Of a DNA stretch of 64,000 nt, positions 62,980 through 64,000 are shown piece by piece. The notes below the pieces were generated by a model, which saw nothing but the letters and a program-made list of their open reading frames with translations, was not told where the DNA came from and ran no database searches. The position numbers were made by a program, and so were the translations under genes. The stretch comes from Marsupella aquatica (lineage: Eukaryota > Plantae > Marchantiophyta), in the NCBI GenBank assembly GCA_973895155.1, contig OZ316892.1, forward strand, positions 18,590,357 through 18,654,356, given 5' to 3'. Positions within the stretch are counted from its first letter, which is position 1. The number at the start of each line of letters is the position of its first letter.

Positions 62980-63790
62980 AATCATTTATGTAATAAGTCC
63001 ATAATGACTGTATGTTATTGTAAACATTGATATATCCTGATTTTTAGATTGACCCTATATTTAGTCATTTATGTGACAAGTCCATAATGACAATATGTTG
63101 TTGAAAACACCGATATATCCTAATTTCAAGATTGACTGTGGAGTTAGTCATTTATGAGAGAAGTCCATAATGACGGTATGTTCTTGTAAACACTTATATG
63201 TCCTAATTTCAAGATTGACCCTAGAGTTAGTCATTTATGAGAGAAGTCCATAATGACGGTATGTTCTTGTAAACACTGATATGTCCTAATTTCAAGATTG
63301 ACCCTAGAGTTAGTCATTTATGGCAGAAGTCCATAATGACAATATGTTGTTGTAAACACTGATATATTCTCATTTTCAGATTGACCCTAAATTTTGTCAT
63401 TTAACACCGTTGGTTAAAATGATGATAATACATTTTTTGTCATTTATCACCGTTGTCCAAAATGATCCAAATAGATTTTTGGTCATTTCAGTCATTGTCT
63501 AGAGTGACTATAATGTTGCTAAACACTGATTTATCATTGTTGTTATTAATTGTGTCATTTAAGACATGTGTCTAAATTGACCATTTAGGGAAATTGGGTC
63601 ATTTTGGTCGCATCAGTCATTATAGACATTATACAAAATGACAAAAAAATTAACATTTTGTCATTTCAGTCTATTGGTCATTGTGGACAGTCATTCCCCT
63701 GTCATTCTTTTTGTGTCATTAAAACTTTTGGTCATTTATTCATCTCTGTCATTGGGTGATTGGTCATAAAGGGCCCTGTTTCTTCTAGTG
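62980..63790 (-). mobile_element. CACTA right end #3: 83-bp tandem units, GTCATT/AATGAC subterminal motifs and TIR
   Basis: Units at 63064, 63147, 63230 and 63313. Ends gggccctgtttcttctagtg = reverse complement CACTAGAAGAAACAGGGCCC at 63790, followed by gtt. Confidence 0.9.
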
Positions 63791-63982
63791 GTTGAGGTGG
63801 AAATGCCTCATGCAAGGGCCCTCACAAATGACCAGGCCCCCACCATCGTCACAAATGGCACAACAATGAGCTGCCTTCTGGAAAATCTGACTTGTAGAGA
63901 AGTTAGTAGCATCTGCCCCAAGTACACTTATGTTTCTCACCTCTGTCACACACTTTTTGGCTTGAATTTTAGGCCGTACCAT
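63791..63982 (-). pseudogene. EDM2-like PHD gene (copy 3, N-terminal part) interrupted by the CACTA end at 63790
   Basis: CAICDDGGGLVICEGPCMRHFHLN|CACTAG. The stretch tgtgagggcccttgcatgaggcatttccacctcaac is identical to copy 1 at ~10677-10712. Confidence 0.8.
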
Positions 63983-64000
63983 GCCTGCGCATGAGATAGA

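Noticed and set aside
21562-63790. Pairing the CACTA TIRs at 5448, 21562 and 63790 as ends of one element
   Set aside because: All three have the same orientation and different adjacent trinucleotides and subterminal motifs.

Overview
Eukaryotic land-plant nuclear DNA (plant-type RPL18a remnant, GT-AG introns, Copia/CACTA content; the lineage cannot be fixed from sequence alone). The window is a nest of transposable elements with no clearly intact host gene. Two divergent CACTA/En-Spm elements face each other (TnpD+TnpA at 13.7-20.7 kb on +, and 39.9-28.7 kb on -). Each has an EDM2-like PHD-finger cargo gene upstream, and the first also has tandem-BRCT and F-box-like genes. Three orphan CACTA termini end at 5448, 21562 and 63790. 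Also present: a P-element-like transposase gene (5.4-10.0 kb); a complete TTAA-flanked Kolobok-like element with convergent transposase and KolX-like genes (47934-55769); two ~4 kb TG...CA units with 5-bp TSDs, each filled by a homologous large ORF but lacking gag-pol; a Copia fragment; an FCP1/NIF phosphatase-like ORF; two 638-bp MITEs; and a ~578-bp satellite. The most unexpected signal is a pair of compact mascRNA-like (tRNA-mimic) structures just downstream of the stop codons of two unrelated DNA-transposon genes (10144-10203 and 49914-49960). All family assignments come from motif recognition by eye, not database searches.
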